Positions 1 to 13,939 are shown, counted from the first letter of the stretch. The stretch is 64,000 nt of DNA from the human T2T-CHM13v2.0 reference genome, Homo sapiens (GCF_009914755.1 NC_060927.1); one strand, 5' to 3'. Numbers and translations: made by a program. Notes: generated from the letters alone by a model not told the origin.

Positions 1-321
1 TTGTAGTTTGGCTGATTTTCAACCTAAGCTACATCTTCAGAGACAATAGTCTTCAATAACATTTTTTATAAGCAGTACTGTCTGTGTGAATGGTATAGGT
101 AAAACGTAAATCTATAAAGAAGAATGTGATAAACATTTAAAGGCAATTTGGACAAAAGCCTACTTATATTTTTCACCACAAACAGTGGTAAGGTTTGGCA
201 CAGCGTTCTTAGTAATTTATATAATTGGAGACACTCCCCAGGGAACTTATGAGATTAAACGGTGTATGGAAAAAATGTAAATGGTAGAGAAATCTAAATC
301 ACAGTCTTGTAAGATATTTCC

Positions 322-520
322 AGCTGGGTACAGTGGCTCATCCCTGTGATCCCAACACTTTGGGAGGCCAAGGCAGGTGGATCACCTGAGCCTGAGTTCA
401 AGACCAGCCTTGGCAACATGGCAAAACCCCATCTCTACCCAAATTACAAAAGAATTAGCCAGTCACAAAATCCAGTATCAAATAAATAAATAGATAAAAG
501 TTAAAAATAAAATAAATTTT
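322..520 (+). mobile_element. Alu left monomer with a non-Alu 3' tail (ASR/FLAM-like SINE)
   Basis: Alu left-arm sequence (gctgggtacagtggctca...gagttcaagaccagcc...aattagcc) runs into agtcacaaaatccagtatc and an A-rich tail. There is no right arm. Confidence 0.7.
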
Positions 521-1299
521 AAAAACATTTTCTCCTTAGAATAATTCCCTGTTTGAACACCATGGACGTAGCTAGGAAAGTAGTTTACAATTCAAATTTG
601 ATCGCAAATGAGTAAGCCCTTTCAGTTCTCTACCATGATCTCCAGAAATGTAGGTGAAGGGATTGGAAAGGATCAGGGAAGTTGCAAACAAAGAGCCAAA
701 TCCTAATTCTATTCTTGAAAATGGGGGAAGAAATGGAAATAGGGCAAATTGGGAAAATCTTTTAATTTGTATGTAGGATTTGGCATTTGAAAAAATAATC
801 TAACTTGAAAGATCAGTTTTATCCAAGTAGTTCCTGAATAGCCTGACTGCCTCCTGACATAAGAACCAGGAGAACAGTCTGTTGTTTGGGAAGACTGACT
901 CACCACTGTGAAAGCCACTCTCAGCCCTTGTTTTTCAAGTGGTCACAGAGTTAATGCTTGCCCAGTCTGCTGGGTGGCGCCAGATCATCATATAACTAAA
1001 GAATCCAGGCTGCATCCAGCATTTCAAAAACCTCAAATGAATAAGTATAAATATGTGCTTATCACCCTCACTATGCATTTTAAATTTATCTAACAAAATC
1101 CAAATAAGGATGTGAAAAATTAAACAGCATAAAATATCTCAAGTGTAAATACATTAACTTTAAATGATTTTTTGATATTAATGCTAAAATATTTTATAGG
1201 TAGAAATGTCCAATGCTAATGTCCATACCTCTATGCCTTTTCCAGTTGGAGAAACAAAAATAGGTACAATACTGTTTGCAAAAACTGAATATGTAAGTA

Positions 1300-1723
1300 C
1301 AGTTGGCCCTTGAACAATGTGGGGATTAGGGCTGCCAATCCCTCGCACAGTCAAAAATTTTCGTATAATTTTTGACTCCCCCAAAACTTAAGTACTAATA
1401 GCCTACTGTTGAATGGAAGCATTACCAATAACAAAATGTCAATTAACACGTTTTTTATTAATACAAAATACAGTATACACTGTATTCTTACCCACAAAAA
1501 AGTTAGGGAAAAGGAAATGTTATTAAGAAAATCATGAGGAAGAAAAAATATGTTTATTATTCATCAAGTAAAGTAGGTAATTATAAGGGTCTTCATTTTT
1601 GTCTTTACCTTGAGTAGGCTGAGGAGGAAGAGGAAGAGGAGGGGTTGGTCTTGCTGATTCAGGGGTGGCAGAGGTGAAAGCAAATCTCACGCAGTCGACT
1701 CTGTGTTGCTCGAGGGTCAATTG
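1300..1723. mobile_element. Tigger2-family (TcMar) non-autonomous DNA transposon, MER28/Tigger2a-like
   Basis: Terminal inverted repeats cagttggcccttgaacaa (1300) and ttgctcgagggtcaattg (ending 1723), with TA on both sides. Confidence 0.8.
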
Positions 1724-4700
1724 TATTCTAATTACTGATGCGCTCACAGACAGCTCTGAGATGATTTTGACTTTGTTATATCACCAGCTCAGTATAATAT
1801 CTCCACCGTGTTCCAAGATGATTCCTCATTGTGCCTTCGAGTTTATCTTTAGCTACCAAATTCTTCTCCAAGTTTATTTTAGATGACTACTGTTTCCATT
1901 CTGCACCCAACTCACAATCAGGCCCAATTATCCTGCAGAGTGCCTACCGACTCTCACCCTTTTAAGAATATTCCGTTGTGTGTCTCATAACCTTGAAATT
2001 TTACTAGAACAATAGCTAATTTATTAAATGGACTATGCAGAAAATGCTGAAGTTTTGAGTGATTCTATAGTGGACACTGCTAGTTGGTTTTCTATCAAAA
2101 TCCATACTGCTATTGTTTCAGAATACTAGAGTTCAAACAAGGTATGGGGCCGCCCAGCTGGAGACTCCATTTTCCAGACTCCTTTGCAGCTGTCTCTGGA
2201 ATGTGACCTAGTTATCACCAAGGGAATATGAATGGAAATGATAAGCGCAATTTCTGCTTCATCGGTTTAAAAGCAAATTGCTTGCCCTCAACATCTGTTC
2301 TTTTCCCCTGCTGTAAGCCAGAACATGCACATGCTTGCAATTCAACTTTTGATCATGCAGATGAAAACATTTGCTAAGAAATTAAAGATCTTTTAAAACG
2401 ACCATATTTGCGATCTACTTTTTTCTTAAATGGCAGCTTAACCTTTACCTAACTAATACAGATTTTAATAGACCAGTGAGTTTCACCTCCCACGTTTGCA
2501 TTTTTAACACAGGCAGCATGGAGGCCTAGTTACTTAATGACAAGGAGCTCCTCCACTATGAGAATTCTCCACACCATAGCAAGCCAGTCATGTCTGCCAC
2601 TTTCATCGCTCTAATGACTTGGAAGGCCAACACTGTGTCTTTCTGGCAGTAGCATTTAGCACAGGTTTTAGTACAATGGTAGATGCAGAATAGATGTTTA
2701 AAAATATCAGGAATAGAAAAGGTTTGCAAGCTCTGAAATCAGGTCACAGAAGTAGCCACCTAACCTGCTTACACAGAGGGTGAGCCCCGGAAACATTAAG
2801 CTTTATGAGCACTAATGTTGCTGTGTAGCAAGATATAATATCAAGCTTGAAAGCAGACCACGTGGATAATGCTTAAACTTGGCTTCGACATTTTGGCCTG
2901 CCGGAAAATATGGCAGTTCATTAAAAGATCAGTAGTGAGTAATACTGACTTTGCTAACTTTATTGACATCTGAACTGTGCCTTAATATTGAGTGTGATAA
3001 TATTGCAGAATGGTGAGATATCTCAAGGTTTAATTAAAAAAAAAAAGACTATGGAATTAATTTACCAGATGAGGGATAATAAGAAATTTGAATCTGTAGT
3101 ATTTATGTTGCTGCTTGAATGCTGGGCAATAGCAAACCTAGCTCTCCCTGTGGCATCATCTCAGATTGTGTTTGTGTAAGTTAGGATGCATCTGGGTTGA
3201 CACTGACTTCACTGAAGCATTATTTTGTAAAGGGCACTGCTTGAGAGCAGTTCTTGGCCTGCTCTATGCATAAGAATCTTAACTGTAGTTGTATGTTTGT
3301 CTGCCAAGTGTAGCTACCCATGTAGAAGAAGGAACTCAACCTATAGCTTTTTTAACCAAATAAATACCCAAGAAATACAAATAACACCTCAGTGACAATA
3401 TTTAATGCCTCTTCACTAAGAAATCATAGTCAAGTGTAGACAGAGGAAATGTCTATCAGGAACCAGGGAGGTCTCAGACAAGAAATCCTAGGATAGTTGG
3501 GTTTTATCTCCTGTTCTCTAAGTCTTAAAGTGAACCTTTTCTCCTCCATGCTTGTTTGGCAGTCATCTCTTTAGATTTGCCTCCCCTTGCTTTTGAAGGT
3601 TGAATATAAAGGGATAAAATGTAGGTCTGGGCTTGAGAGAGACATAAACAAGCTGCTCTGCTTGATTTCGTTCCAGTTTAGGCTGTCCTATCACAGGCTG
3701 GAAAATGTTTCTATCTCTTTCTATCCAGCTCACCCTATGACACAAATACTTTAGAGTCAGGGCAAAAGTTGTATATTAATAAAGCATTTGAACTTTCCTG
3801 GAAACTCTTAAGAATCTGGGTGTGCTGGCCATTTGTGGATTACTGGGCAAGAGTACAAATGGAGGCCCACATATCATATATCTAAGTATTTGAAAGTTAT
3901 AAATCAAGCCAAAAATTTAAAAGAAATATGTCTATTCTTCTACTTCAATAAATAAATCTTTATAATACTTGGAAGGCCAAGTTTGAATTTAGAATTCTTG
4001 TATTTATTGGGTTTCTGAAAAAAAAAAAGTATCATAATAAGAACCAATTCTTAATCCTCAGTAAGGAGTAACTTACCTCCCTTGTCTTCCATCCCTACCT
4101 CCATCCCACACAGGAAAAGGCCTGGTTGCATGCCCACCCCAAACTGCAAGTCCAAGTTCTATCTCTGCCACTGTAAACATTAGTCCTTTGGCTATTTCTT
4201 TAATCTTGGGATGGGTCCTTTCATAGGACAGTATTTCCTAAAGAGGATGCCCTCTAGGAAATGCCCTACATAAACCTCGGAAGTTGGTTTGGTGCTGTTT
4301 GGGAAGCAAATTTTAGTGTTCCAGGTATCCAAAGAATGGTTAAAGAGAGAGAGTCCCAAATTCTGAATAGACACAATTCCCTTGACTTTGCAGACTTTTA
4401 ACTCTTCAGAGAGAAGACATGGCTGGAGGAGGACCTGCAGAGGTTTATAATATGGAACACAGACTCACTTGCTTTGGTCTGAGGGAGACACTGAATCCAG
4501 AGCAGCAGTAGGCAGCCAAGAGAAGATTTAAGAGATGTGAGTTCTTGTCCTATTTTCTATTACCACCACCTGATGTCAACATTTGAAATGGTATTCTTTT
4601 GGGAACACCACTTGTTAGCTGTGTTATACAATGGTATGGAGGTTTTTCCCATCAGATCAAGTCCCTAGATCTGTGAAAGACCAGAAAGATATGATTTCTG

Positions 4701-6589
4701 TGCACAGCTATGATAAGCATTGAGAATGGGGATTTTCAATGAATTTTTTATAAAAAGAACTATCACTGCAGCATATGTCATATTGCCCTAGTTACTAAGT
4801 TAGTCTGATTAAGATCAACTTTCCAGTTTCAAAAGTGGAGCTATAGAAATGATTATTCCCCTTTAAATAAGTGAGTATTCACATAGAGACACGTATGCAC
4901 AGATGTTGGCAAGACACAGGCAAGTTTTAATGCCACTTCCAATTTCTCCCATTAACTATAAGGACAAAAGACATGGTGCATGACCAAAAAAGAACAATTA
5001 CATTTTCTCAGCATTTTCTAATCAGGATTGAAGGGGAGCAGACTGCATTTCCAAGAAAATAGGCCCATCTTTTGGCTGTTCCAGGAAAGTCCTGTTGTTG
5101 CATGTGAGAACTGGTGGTGTATGTCTCATGAACTCAGGCTGTCGGGGAGGGATAGCATTTAGGCCTTCCATTGTATGGATGCAGTTGGATATGGTTGTAA
5201 CATACCGGTAGTGAACAGGTCTTCAAGGAACACTCCAGACACAGTACTTCAAAATTAATCTCAATGCTAAGCCAACTGTGAGATTCCATTACAGAACTAT
5301 GCATATCCACAGTTATTTTCTCAGGTCATATCAGCTCCCATTTATATATAGGTTAATTTAGGTGAGTCTATTGCCCAAAGAAATACAGTTCATTACAATG
5401 TAGCAATTGCTTCAGAGCCCAAGCTTCATAAAGAGAATTGTCCCAGGGTACTTCTATCAAGACAGTTACCTAGAGTTATATGTAAAGAGAGTGTTTACAC
5501 CAATCACTAAAGCTGTGGTGATTACGTACTAAAATTAGATTGGCTGAGACATTGAGTAGGGTAACTAAATTATCTAGAGATAAGTAGAAATTTGTTGGGT
5601 ATACTTACATATCTTTTATTGCTACTGAGATGCAATGTTTGTCTAGCTCACAAGTCACTTCTTTGAGAGCTAACACAGTCCTTCATGAGCTTCAGTGCCC
5701 AAACACTTCTAGGCAATAACTACCTTGATCAAGGTTGGACATATACCCTAAACTGGGCCAGTCCGACTATTCTAACCATTTGGAGTCAGAATTTAATGAT
5801 GCTAGCCAACTTCTGCTGGTGGCTTGCCTTGTAAACATGAGGACTTACATGGGTCATATTCAGCCATACGCATGGAGTAGCAAAATAGGCAATCTACAGA
5901 AGCAAATGAATTTATCAGGATCCCAGAGAGAAACCAAGATGTTTTTTAAAATATAGTTTTCCAAAAAGAAGGACAATAACTTAATAACCTTCTGAGGACT
6001 TGATGTTGGTCACCTCCAGGTTCTGATCCCTCCTGAAGCTTGGTTGTACTTTCTCCCTTGGTAATCAAACACCCCTGTATCCTCAAATAAATTTTTCTTT
6101 CTTGTTTAGATGTGAGTGAGTTTCTGTAACCAAAAAGCCTTCACTAAACATTACTTGAACTTCTTATTTACTCTAAAGATTTTTGTAAACACTGGGAAAA
6201 TGAAATATGTCTTGCTCTTCTCTTAATTTATGTTCTCTAAAAACAATTTCTATGATTGTATATTCCCTAAAGAAATTTTTTTTTCAAATTTGCATTGATT
6301 CTCTTTGGACCTTCCTATGGCTATATTCTGCTTTCACCCATCTGTCTGTAGTCATATGAAGAATTTTATAGTTATTCTGCCTTCTTTTATGGTGTGAGGA
6401 AAAAAAAGGGTTTTGATGCTGTAGTATCTGATATAGTTATCCGCATTGCACAGATATCTTCTGTGATGTGCCTGTTTCAGTGTCATACACTCCCAGTTTC
6501 GCAGAAGCATGCTTCCACTTTTCCCCCCAGTTACTCATTAAGATTATTCTTTTAATGCTTAACTATTTAATGTCAATGTGGCAGATATA

Positions 6590-6640
6590 TATGTATATGT
6601 ATGTGTGTGTGTGTGTGTGTGTGTACATATATATATATAT
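6590..6640. repeat. (TG)n/(TA)n compound microsatellite
   Basis: Directly visible dinucleotide runs. Confidence 0.9.
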
Positions 6641-6645
6641 AAAAT

Positions 6646-7112
6646 CAGGGTTTCACCAACTTTTTGGTATCAGGATACCTTTCCACACTTAAAAATTACT
6701 GGGCATGCCAATGAGTTAAATATTTGTCATATTAGATAATAAAACTGAGCAATTAATATTTATATTAATCCATTTCAAAATAACTAATAAATTCAATGTA
6801 TGTTAACATAAGTAATATATTTTTAAACTGTGTTTTTCAAATAAAAAATCATGAAGAGTAGCATTTCTTAATATTTTTCATATCTCTTTAATGTCATGTG
6901 TAGTAGAAAATAGCTATGGAGTCCTATCTGTCTCTGCATTCAGTCTGCTGTAATTTTACACATCTTGTAGCCCATGGAAACTGCACTGCACACTCATGAA
7001 AGACTGAAGGTGAAATAGGCAAAAAATTTTTAATAATATTATGTAAATAGTTTGACCTCAGAGAGTCTCAGGCACCCCCTACAAATCTTCAAGCTATACT
7101 TCAACAAGTGCT
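6646..7112. mobile_element. Old hAT-Charlie-like DNA transposon relic
   Basis: Start caggg...ccaactttttgg..caggatacc..cacttaaaaattact resembles recalled Charlie/MER119-type ends. Boundaries are approximate. Confidence 0.4.
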
Positions 7113-8249
7113 GTACATTATACAATCACAACTTTAACCTAACAATTGAAAAGTAAAAAAGTATTTTTACCAAAAGAAAATATTTTTTGTTGGGACATTT
7201 AACTGAACTGACCAAATTTAGATATTTTGGGCATCCTATGCCAAAAAAAAATTTGAAGAGGAAATCACATTCCTATTTTTAAGATTGCTAGTGTATAAAA
7301 CACTGTGGTGAAATTTAAATTGAATCTGAAAGTACCTATGAACCATGCAGTAGACTGGTTTAATTTTTCATCATACTGTATATCACTATATGTCTACCAT
7401 ATATCTACTTATAGTGTAGACATACTTAATAAATTAACAACTGACTTTACTTAAATGCCTTATGTTACTAACATTACATTTTCCTTTGAATGCCCACATA
7501 TACAATTGGACTATTCTAGCATTTTTCAATTTTAATATTTTTTATCCTAACTTACTGGTCTAATAAAATCTAGTCAAAATCAAATTACAGAATCCTGCAT
7601 ATCTATAAAAGAAAAAGAAGGTATGCCATAATTTGGTATGTTTGAGATAGCTCAAATACTCCAACTTACAAATTATCTTTCTTCAATAATCTCTAGATGG
7701 TTTGATCAAGTAAAAATTTCTTTTTATAATCTCTTGAAAATGCACCAGAGTAGCACTCATTTAATCATATTCTATCTGTTCTTAGATTATTAGTTCCATG
7801 TCAAATTCAGTATTTCCCATGATATTTAAAGTTATCTCCTTGTTCTTTTCTCTACGATGGTCATTCACAAAGTTCTAAGGTAATGTTAAAGGTAGGAAAA
7901 GCAACTCAAGAAAGAGTTTGCCTGAATTGCACAGGGTGCTGGGAGAGAATATGTAGCTACTTTTTCCTGGTTGGAGTCTAGATTTTTGCTGTTTTCCATC
8001 AAGGAATGATGCTAATGTGAAGACATAATGAAAAAAAAATGTGTATGTAAAACTAAGTAAGTGACTATTTTTACTGACTTTAATAATCAGTGGGAAAAGA
8101 AATTGATCAGTAGTTCCCAGAAGTTGTCTCAGGACTTTACCCTTTTACATACAAATCATTTCCTTTCATTTCATGTTATCATTTTTTGTATATAGGTGAC
8201 TTTTTTATCTTTGGCTTTGAAAAGATCAAGTTGATCCGGAAGTAATTTC

Positions 8250-9500
8250 TCTAGCTACTAAAGTAAAACTCAACTTTCTTTAAAGGCAATCAATAAAATT
8301 CAGAATCGCAGCATAATAATAATAGTAATAATGTCCAGCATCCAGACAAAATTCCTACATCTACAAAGAAGTAAAACATGTGATCCACAAATAAAAGAGA
8401 AATCAGTAAATAGAAAGACACACCTCAAAATGAAATTGATAGTAGATTTAGCTGACAAGAACTTAAAATAGATATTGTAACTATATTAAAAAATTTAAAG
8501 GATAACCTTAAAAATTTTGAAGAAAAGGGAAATATATTTTTAAAATAAAACTTATAGAACTCAAAAATACAATATCTAAAGTGAAAATTTTACTGGATGA
8601 AATTAAACAGAAATTAGAACCGACTAACTTAAGATAAATGAACTTAAAGGCACTACGAAAGAAACTATACAAACTCATGTACAGAGAAAAACACAAACTA
8701 CAGTGTTCTGTGGAGGAATGCAATATAATTTATCACACAAGTAATTGAAGACCAGAGAGATGAAGAGAGAAGAAAAATATTTGGAAAAATAAAAATCAAA
8801 ATACCCCCAATTTTATTTTAACTATTTACTATTTATAAATCCAATAAAGACAACAAACCCCAAGCAAAGTAAACACAACGAAAATAACACTGCAGCACAT
8901 TATAATCAAATTGATGAAAAGCAGGTAGAAACTGAGCCACATTACCCAAAGGGGAATGAGGAATACCACCACGCAGAACATAGTGCAACAATGTCTTTAA
9001 AGTGCTAAATTATCAACCAAGAATTCCATATCCACAAAATAAAATTTCAAAAATTTAGGCAAAAAAAAGATATTTTAAGACACAGAAGCTGAAAGAGTCT
9101 GTCATCAGTAAACCTTCACTATAAGAAAAAATTTTTTTAAGTTTAGGTGGAAGAAATGTTATACCAAAATGTAAATACACATCTAAATAAAGAAAAGAGC
9201 CTTGGAAGTGGTAAATACATGGGTAAATATAAAATATTTTCTTATTATTTAATTCTTGACAAAGTTATTTGACAGCTTAAGGCAAACATTTAACTGTATA
9301 TTATAGGATTTATATGATACGTGGAAGTAAATTGTGTTAGCACTATCCACAAATAATGGTGAAAGTGAATGGAAGTATCTGTTGTTGTTACATTATACAT
9401 CAAGAAAGAATATTGGTAAGTGACAGATGAATGTTGTAAAGTAGAGTAACCACAGAAAAAATAAATTAAAGAGGTATAGCTAATTAATCTAGACAATAAT
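8250..9500 (+). mobile_element. Ancient L1M fragment (5'/ORF1-like region)
   Basis: Strongly A-rich with degenerate L1 ORF1-like motifs (aatacaatatctaaagtgaaaa, cacattataatcaaattg, tcaaccaagaattccatatcca). Confidence 0.6.
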
Positions 9501-9927
9501 GTCTGCACAGGCAGGCATGCACCTAACCAATATGCCATACCTGGTATTCTTTGCTTTTGCTATGTACTGGTCTGGATTCTTCTGGTCGCAGGTAACAGAA
9601 AAAAAAAAAGGAAACTTAAATAGAAAGAGAAATGACTGTCTCTTAACTAAAAAAAAGATACAGGGTCCTTCACACAGCCAATATTTTTTCTCCAACAATC
9701 TCATATCTGTAGTTGGCTCTATTCTACAGAGGTGCCTTTAGCAGATAGAAATGGCCATTATGGAATCTCAGTCTCACATCCTCTCTATTTAGAAATCTCA
9801 GAAGAATGATATTATTTCTTCTTCAAGATCCGTATAGCAATCCAAAGGAAGGAATTTGGTCCTGCCTGGAATTATTATTTCCCCTGAACCAATCTCTGTG
9901 TTTAGGAAACTATGACCGGCTGGGCCT

Positions 9928-11160
9928 TTTTTTAACTTCTGTTTTAGGTTTAGGGGTACATGTAAAGGTTTATTACATAGGTAAACACACGTCATGGGAG
10001 TTTGTTGTACATACTATTTCATCACTCAGGTAGTAAGCCCAGAGCCCAATAGTTATCTTTTCTGCTCCTCTGCCTCCTCCATCCTCCCACCCTCCCTCCT
10101 CAAGTAGACTTATTTTTAAAAGTCAAAAAATAACAGATAGATGCTGGCAAGGGTGTGAAGAAAAGGGAACCAGTGTCTGTTGTTTCCTTCTTTGTGTCCA
10201 CAAGTTCTTATCACTTAGCTCCTACTTATAAGTGACAACATGCGGCATTTGGTTTTCTGTTCCTGCATTAGTTTGCTAAGGAAAATAGCCTCCAGCTCCA
10301 TCCATGTTCCCACGAAAGACATGATCTCATTCTTTTTTATGGCTGCATAGTATTCTGTGGTATATATGTACCACATTTTCTTTATCCAATCTGTCATTTT
10401 TGGGCATTTAGATTGATTCCATGTCTTTGCTATTGTGAATACTGCTGCAATGAACATTCACGTGAATGTGTCTTTACGGTAGAATGATTTATATTCCTCT
10501 GAGTATATAACCAGTAATGGGATTGATGGGTTGAATGGTAGTTCTGTTTTTAGCTCTTTAAGGAATTGCCATATTGCTTTCCACAATGTTTGAACTAATT
10601 TACATTCCTATCAACAGTATGTAAGTGTTCCCTTTTCTTCACAACCTCACCAGCATCTATTATTTTTTGACTTTTTAAGAATAGCCATTCTGACTGGTGT
10701 GAGATGGTATCTCATTGTGGTTTTGATTTTCATTTTTCTAATGATCAGTGATAATGAACTTATTTTCATATGTTTGCTGGCCACATGTATGTCTTATTCT
10801 GAGAAGTGTCTGTTTAGGTCCTTGGCCCACTTTTTAATGGGTTTTTTTTTTCTCATAAATTTGTTTAAGTTCCTTATAAATGCTGGATATGTCACCTTTG
10901 TCAGATGAATACTTTGCACATATTTTCTCTCATTCTGTAGGTTGTCTGTTTACTCTTTTGATAGCTTCTTTTGCTGTGCAGAAGCTCTTAAGTTTGGTTA
11001 GATTACACTTACCAATTTTTGCTTTTGTTGTGATTGCTTTTGGTGTCTTTGTCATGAAATCTTTGCTCATTCCTATGTCCAGGACAGTATTATGTTTTGT
11101 CAGCTTTGTCAGTCAGATGGTTGTAGATGTGTAGTCTTATTTCTGGGCTCTTTATTCTGC
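9928..11160 (-). mobile_element. 5'-truncated L1PA/L1PB element (3' end of ORF2 plus 3' UTR)
   Basis: Minus ORF 10215-10457 (MFIAAVFTIAKTWNQSKCP..WIKKMWYIYT.EYYAAIKKNE) is the L1 ORF2 C-terminus. The L1 3' UTR and poly-T lie at about 9928. Confidence 0.92.
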
Positions 11161-11599
11161 ATTTTAATAAGTACCTTCTAGCCTTATAACACTCACCAAA
11201 TTTGAAGAGCATTGTCTTAAAGTAGTAAAACTCTTTAAGAAATATTGCTTTTCCCATTATTACAATTAAACTGTAAGAAAAAAGGTAGGAGAGATTGAGA
11301 ATAAAAAGTCTTGATAAATTGTGCCATGCTAAAGAAGATGGTTTTGTTGAAGAAAATTCAAATACATTAAATTGTGATTCTCTAAATATTCCCTAAATAT
11401 TGACAAATAGGTAGAACATTAACTTTAAACCAAGGAAATATAGACCATGACTAGAATTGTGATGATATCATGGCATATTATACTCCAAGGTTGAAATACA
11501 AAAATCATTTTTATGGTTATATCTTGAAAAGAATGTTAGAAAATTCCTTCTATTCTTTACTTTGGTAAAGTATGGATTTGAATATTGTGTCAGAGATTA

Positions 11600-12064
11600 T
11601 TTGGCATGTTGCCTATCAAATCCCCATTCCTGCATTCTCTCAAGTTAATTAAACCCTGATTATTTTCAGCTTTGTACATTGCCTAGCCTCCCCCCCACCC
11701 CACACCCCACCAAGTTTAGGAGTAATGATGTGACTAGGAACTGCCAATGTGTTGTAAGGGTAGGTTTTGTATGGGATGCTTTGAAATCTCCTAAAGGAAG
11801 GATATGAACCTTTCTCTTGTGCTTCCACCTTGCTTCTTAGAATATTGATTTGATGACTGGGGCTCCAAAGACCACCTCGGACCATGAGCATAAAAACAAC
11901 ACCATAGGGATAGTGTTACTAAAGGGGATTGAATCTCTGATAACTGCCAAACCACTGTACTGAGACTTCTTTTACCTGACAAAGTAAACTTTTGTCCTTT
12001 TAAAGTCATTTTGGGGATCACTTTTGAGTCACTGTTACAGTTGAAAGATGTCCTAAGTTATACA
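11600..12064 (+). mobile_element. Old ERVL/MaLR-class LTR relic (LTR16/LTR33-like)
   Basis: Degenerate motifs gatgtgactagg, gatgactggggctcc and a 3' end ctgttacagttgaaagatgtcctaagttataca. Subfamily uncertain. Confidence 0.4.
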
Positions 12065-12145
12065 ATGATCTATAACTTTTGGGCCCTTATACAGACTAAT
12101 AAGGCCAACATGTACCTGAATTGGTAAACAAAGTTTTTTATTTAC

Positions 12146-12540
12146 TTTTTTTTTAAATTTTACTTTAAGTTCTGGGATACATGTGCTGAACATGCAGGTT
12201 ACATAGATATACATGTGCCATGGTGGTTTGCTGCACCTATCAACCCGTCATCTAGGTTTTAAGCTCCACATGCATTAGGTATTTGTCCTAATACTCTCCC
12301 TCCCCCTGCTCCCCAACCCCAACAGGCCCCAGTGTGTGATATTTCCCTCCCTGTGTCCATGTGTTCTAATTTTTCAGCTCCCACTTATGAATGAGAACGT
12401 GCAGTGTTTGGTTTTCTGGTCCTGTGTTAGTTTGCCGAGGATGATGGTTTCCAGCTTCATCCATGTCCCTGCAGAGGATACGAACTCATTCTTTTTTATG
12501 GCTGCATAGTATTCCATGGTGTATATATGCCACATTTTCT
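12146..12540 (-). mobile_element. Short L1PA 3' end
   Basis: Matches the L1PA 3' UTR (ctttaagttctgggatacatgtgc...ggtggtttgctgcacc...attccatggtgtatat). Flanked by tttat(t/g)tacttt direct repeats. Confidence 0.9.
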
Positions 12541-12550
12541 TTATGTACTT

Positions 12551-12939
12551 TGTTAAAGAAAAATAAAAATGGAAGCCACAATTTAGACATACCCCAAGGT
12601 CAACTTCCTATAACCACGTAGCCAAAATTTAAGTCAATCTGATTCCCCAAAATGGTATCTTCAATTATAAACACAAAACATAAGCTTTGCATCCTTATCA
12701 GCATGATTCAGTGAAACTAAACAGCCCTGTTTGCCTTGAAAAGAATGTTAATGTATAAGTCTATCACAAAAAAAAAACAGTCAAAAATAGTTTTTCCTTT
12801 ATGCTGTAAAAACTGTGCTGTAATTGCCGTAAGGCAAGCCTCTTATCAAGTCATTTGAAATCTCCCAGATCACGATGTATACTTTCTGTTTGACAATAAA
12901 CTAAGTTTTTCCTAACTTGATCTGATTTTGTATTTGACA
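12551..12939 (+). mobile_element. ERV1-class solo LTR
   Basis: TG...CA termini (tgttaaag...tttgaca), 4-bp target-site duplication (TSD) ACTT at 12547-12550 and 12940-12943, and AATAAA near 12895. Confidence 0.75.
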
Positions 12940-13455
12940 ACTTCAATTTGATAACCCACTGCTGAACAGTATTTCCAGGATGCATCAGAGTCCTAGATCT
13001 TATGGGAAATGTAAAGACGATAAGATCCCCTTATGATGCAGTTAAAAAGAAGATATTATTCATTCTTGTCTCATTGTGGTATGAGCAGCTCAAAAAATAA
13101 CTATTATGAAATAGAGGGAAGTGTTAGAAGAAGTAAAGTTGACAACACCTTGGATGACTTATTTGGAAAGGAAACATTTAAGTTAGGTCTTGAACCCAAA
13201 TTAGAGTTTTTTCAGACAAATTTTGCAGAACGGGAAAGAAAAGCATCCCAAGGCAGAGGAAGCAGCTTAAACAGTCATCCAACGTGGGAGATTGGGGGTG
13301 TGTTGTATACCAAGCACAGATGAGTGAAGATGAGGTCTAGAAATGTGGGATAAAATTATAGAAGGCTTTGAATATTGGCTAAAGAGTCTTGCTTTTATTC
13401 TTCATACAATAAGTAATCATCATCTTTATCATTTATTTACATTCTTTCATATGGA

Positions 13456-13749
13456 TTTTTTTTTGAGACATGATGTCACTCTATTGCTCAGACTAGAGTG
13501 CAGTGGTACAAACACGGCTCATTGCAGCCTCAACTTACCAGGATCAAGCAATCCTCTCACCTCAGATTCCCAAACAGCTGGGACTATACATGTGAAACAC
13601 CACACCTGCATAATTTTGGGGGTTTTTCTGGTAGAGACGAGGTCTCACTATGTTGTACAGGATGGTTTCAAATTCCCCGACTCAAGCAATCCTCTCGCCT
13701 AGGCCTCCCAAAATGCTGGGATTACAGGCGTGAGCAACCATGCCTGGCC
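13456..13749 (-). mobile_element. AluJ
   Basis: Diverged full dimer. TSD catat(g/a)gattt. Confidence 0.88.
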
Positions 13750-13939
13750 TCATATAGATTTTTAATGCAATCTTTTCTAATTAAATTTGTTTTCATTAAA
13801 TTTTGTACTCTGGTGGCTTTTTTTCTATCACTGATTATTAGATCATTTTGAGTATAGCAAAAAAATATATATACATATATACATATATGTATATATGTAT
13901 ATGTATATGATAAGATGAGAGACGCAATATACCTCATTT

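Noticed and set aside
1747-1960. Possible minus-strand exon with a GTGAGC donor at 1746, perhaps of the neighbouring gene (ZBBX by my recollection of the locus)
   Set aside because: No open frame or recognisable protein similarity. A lone donor-like hexamer is not enough without transcript data.
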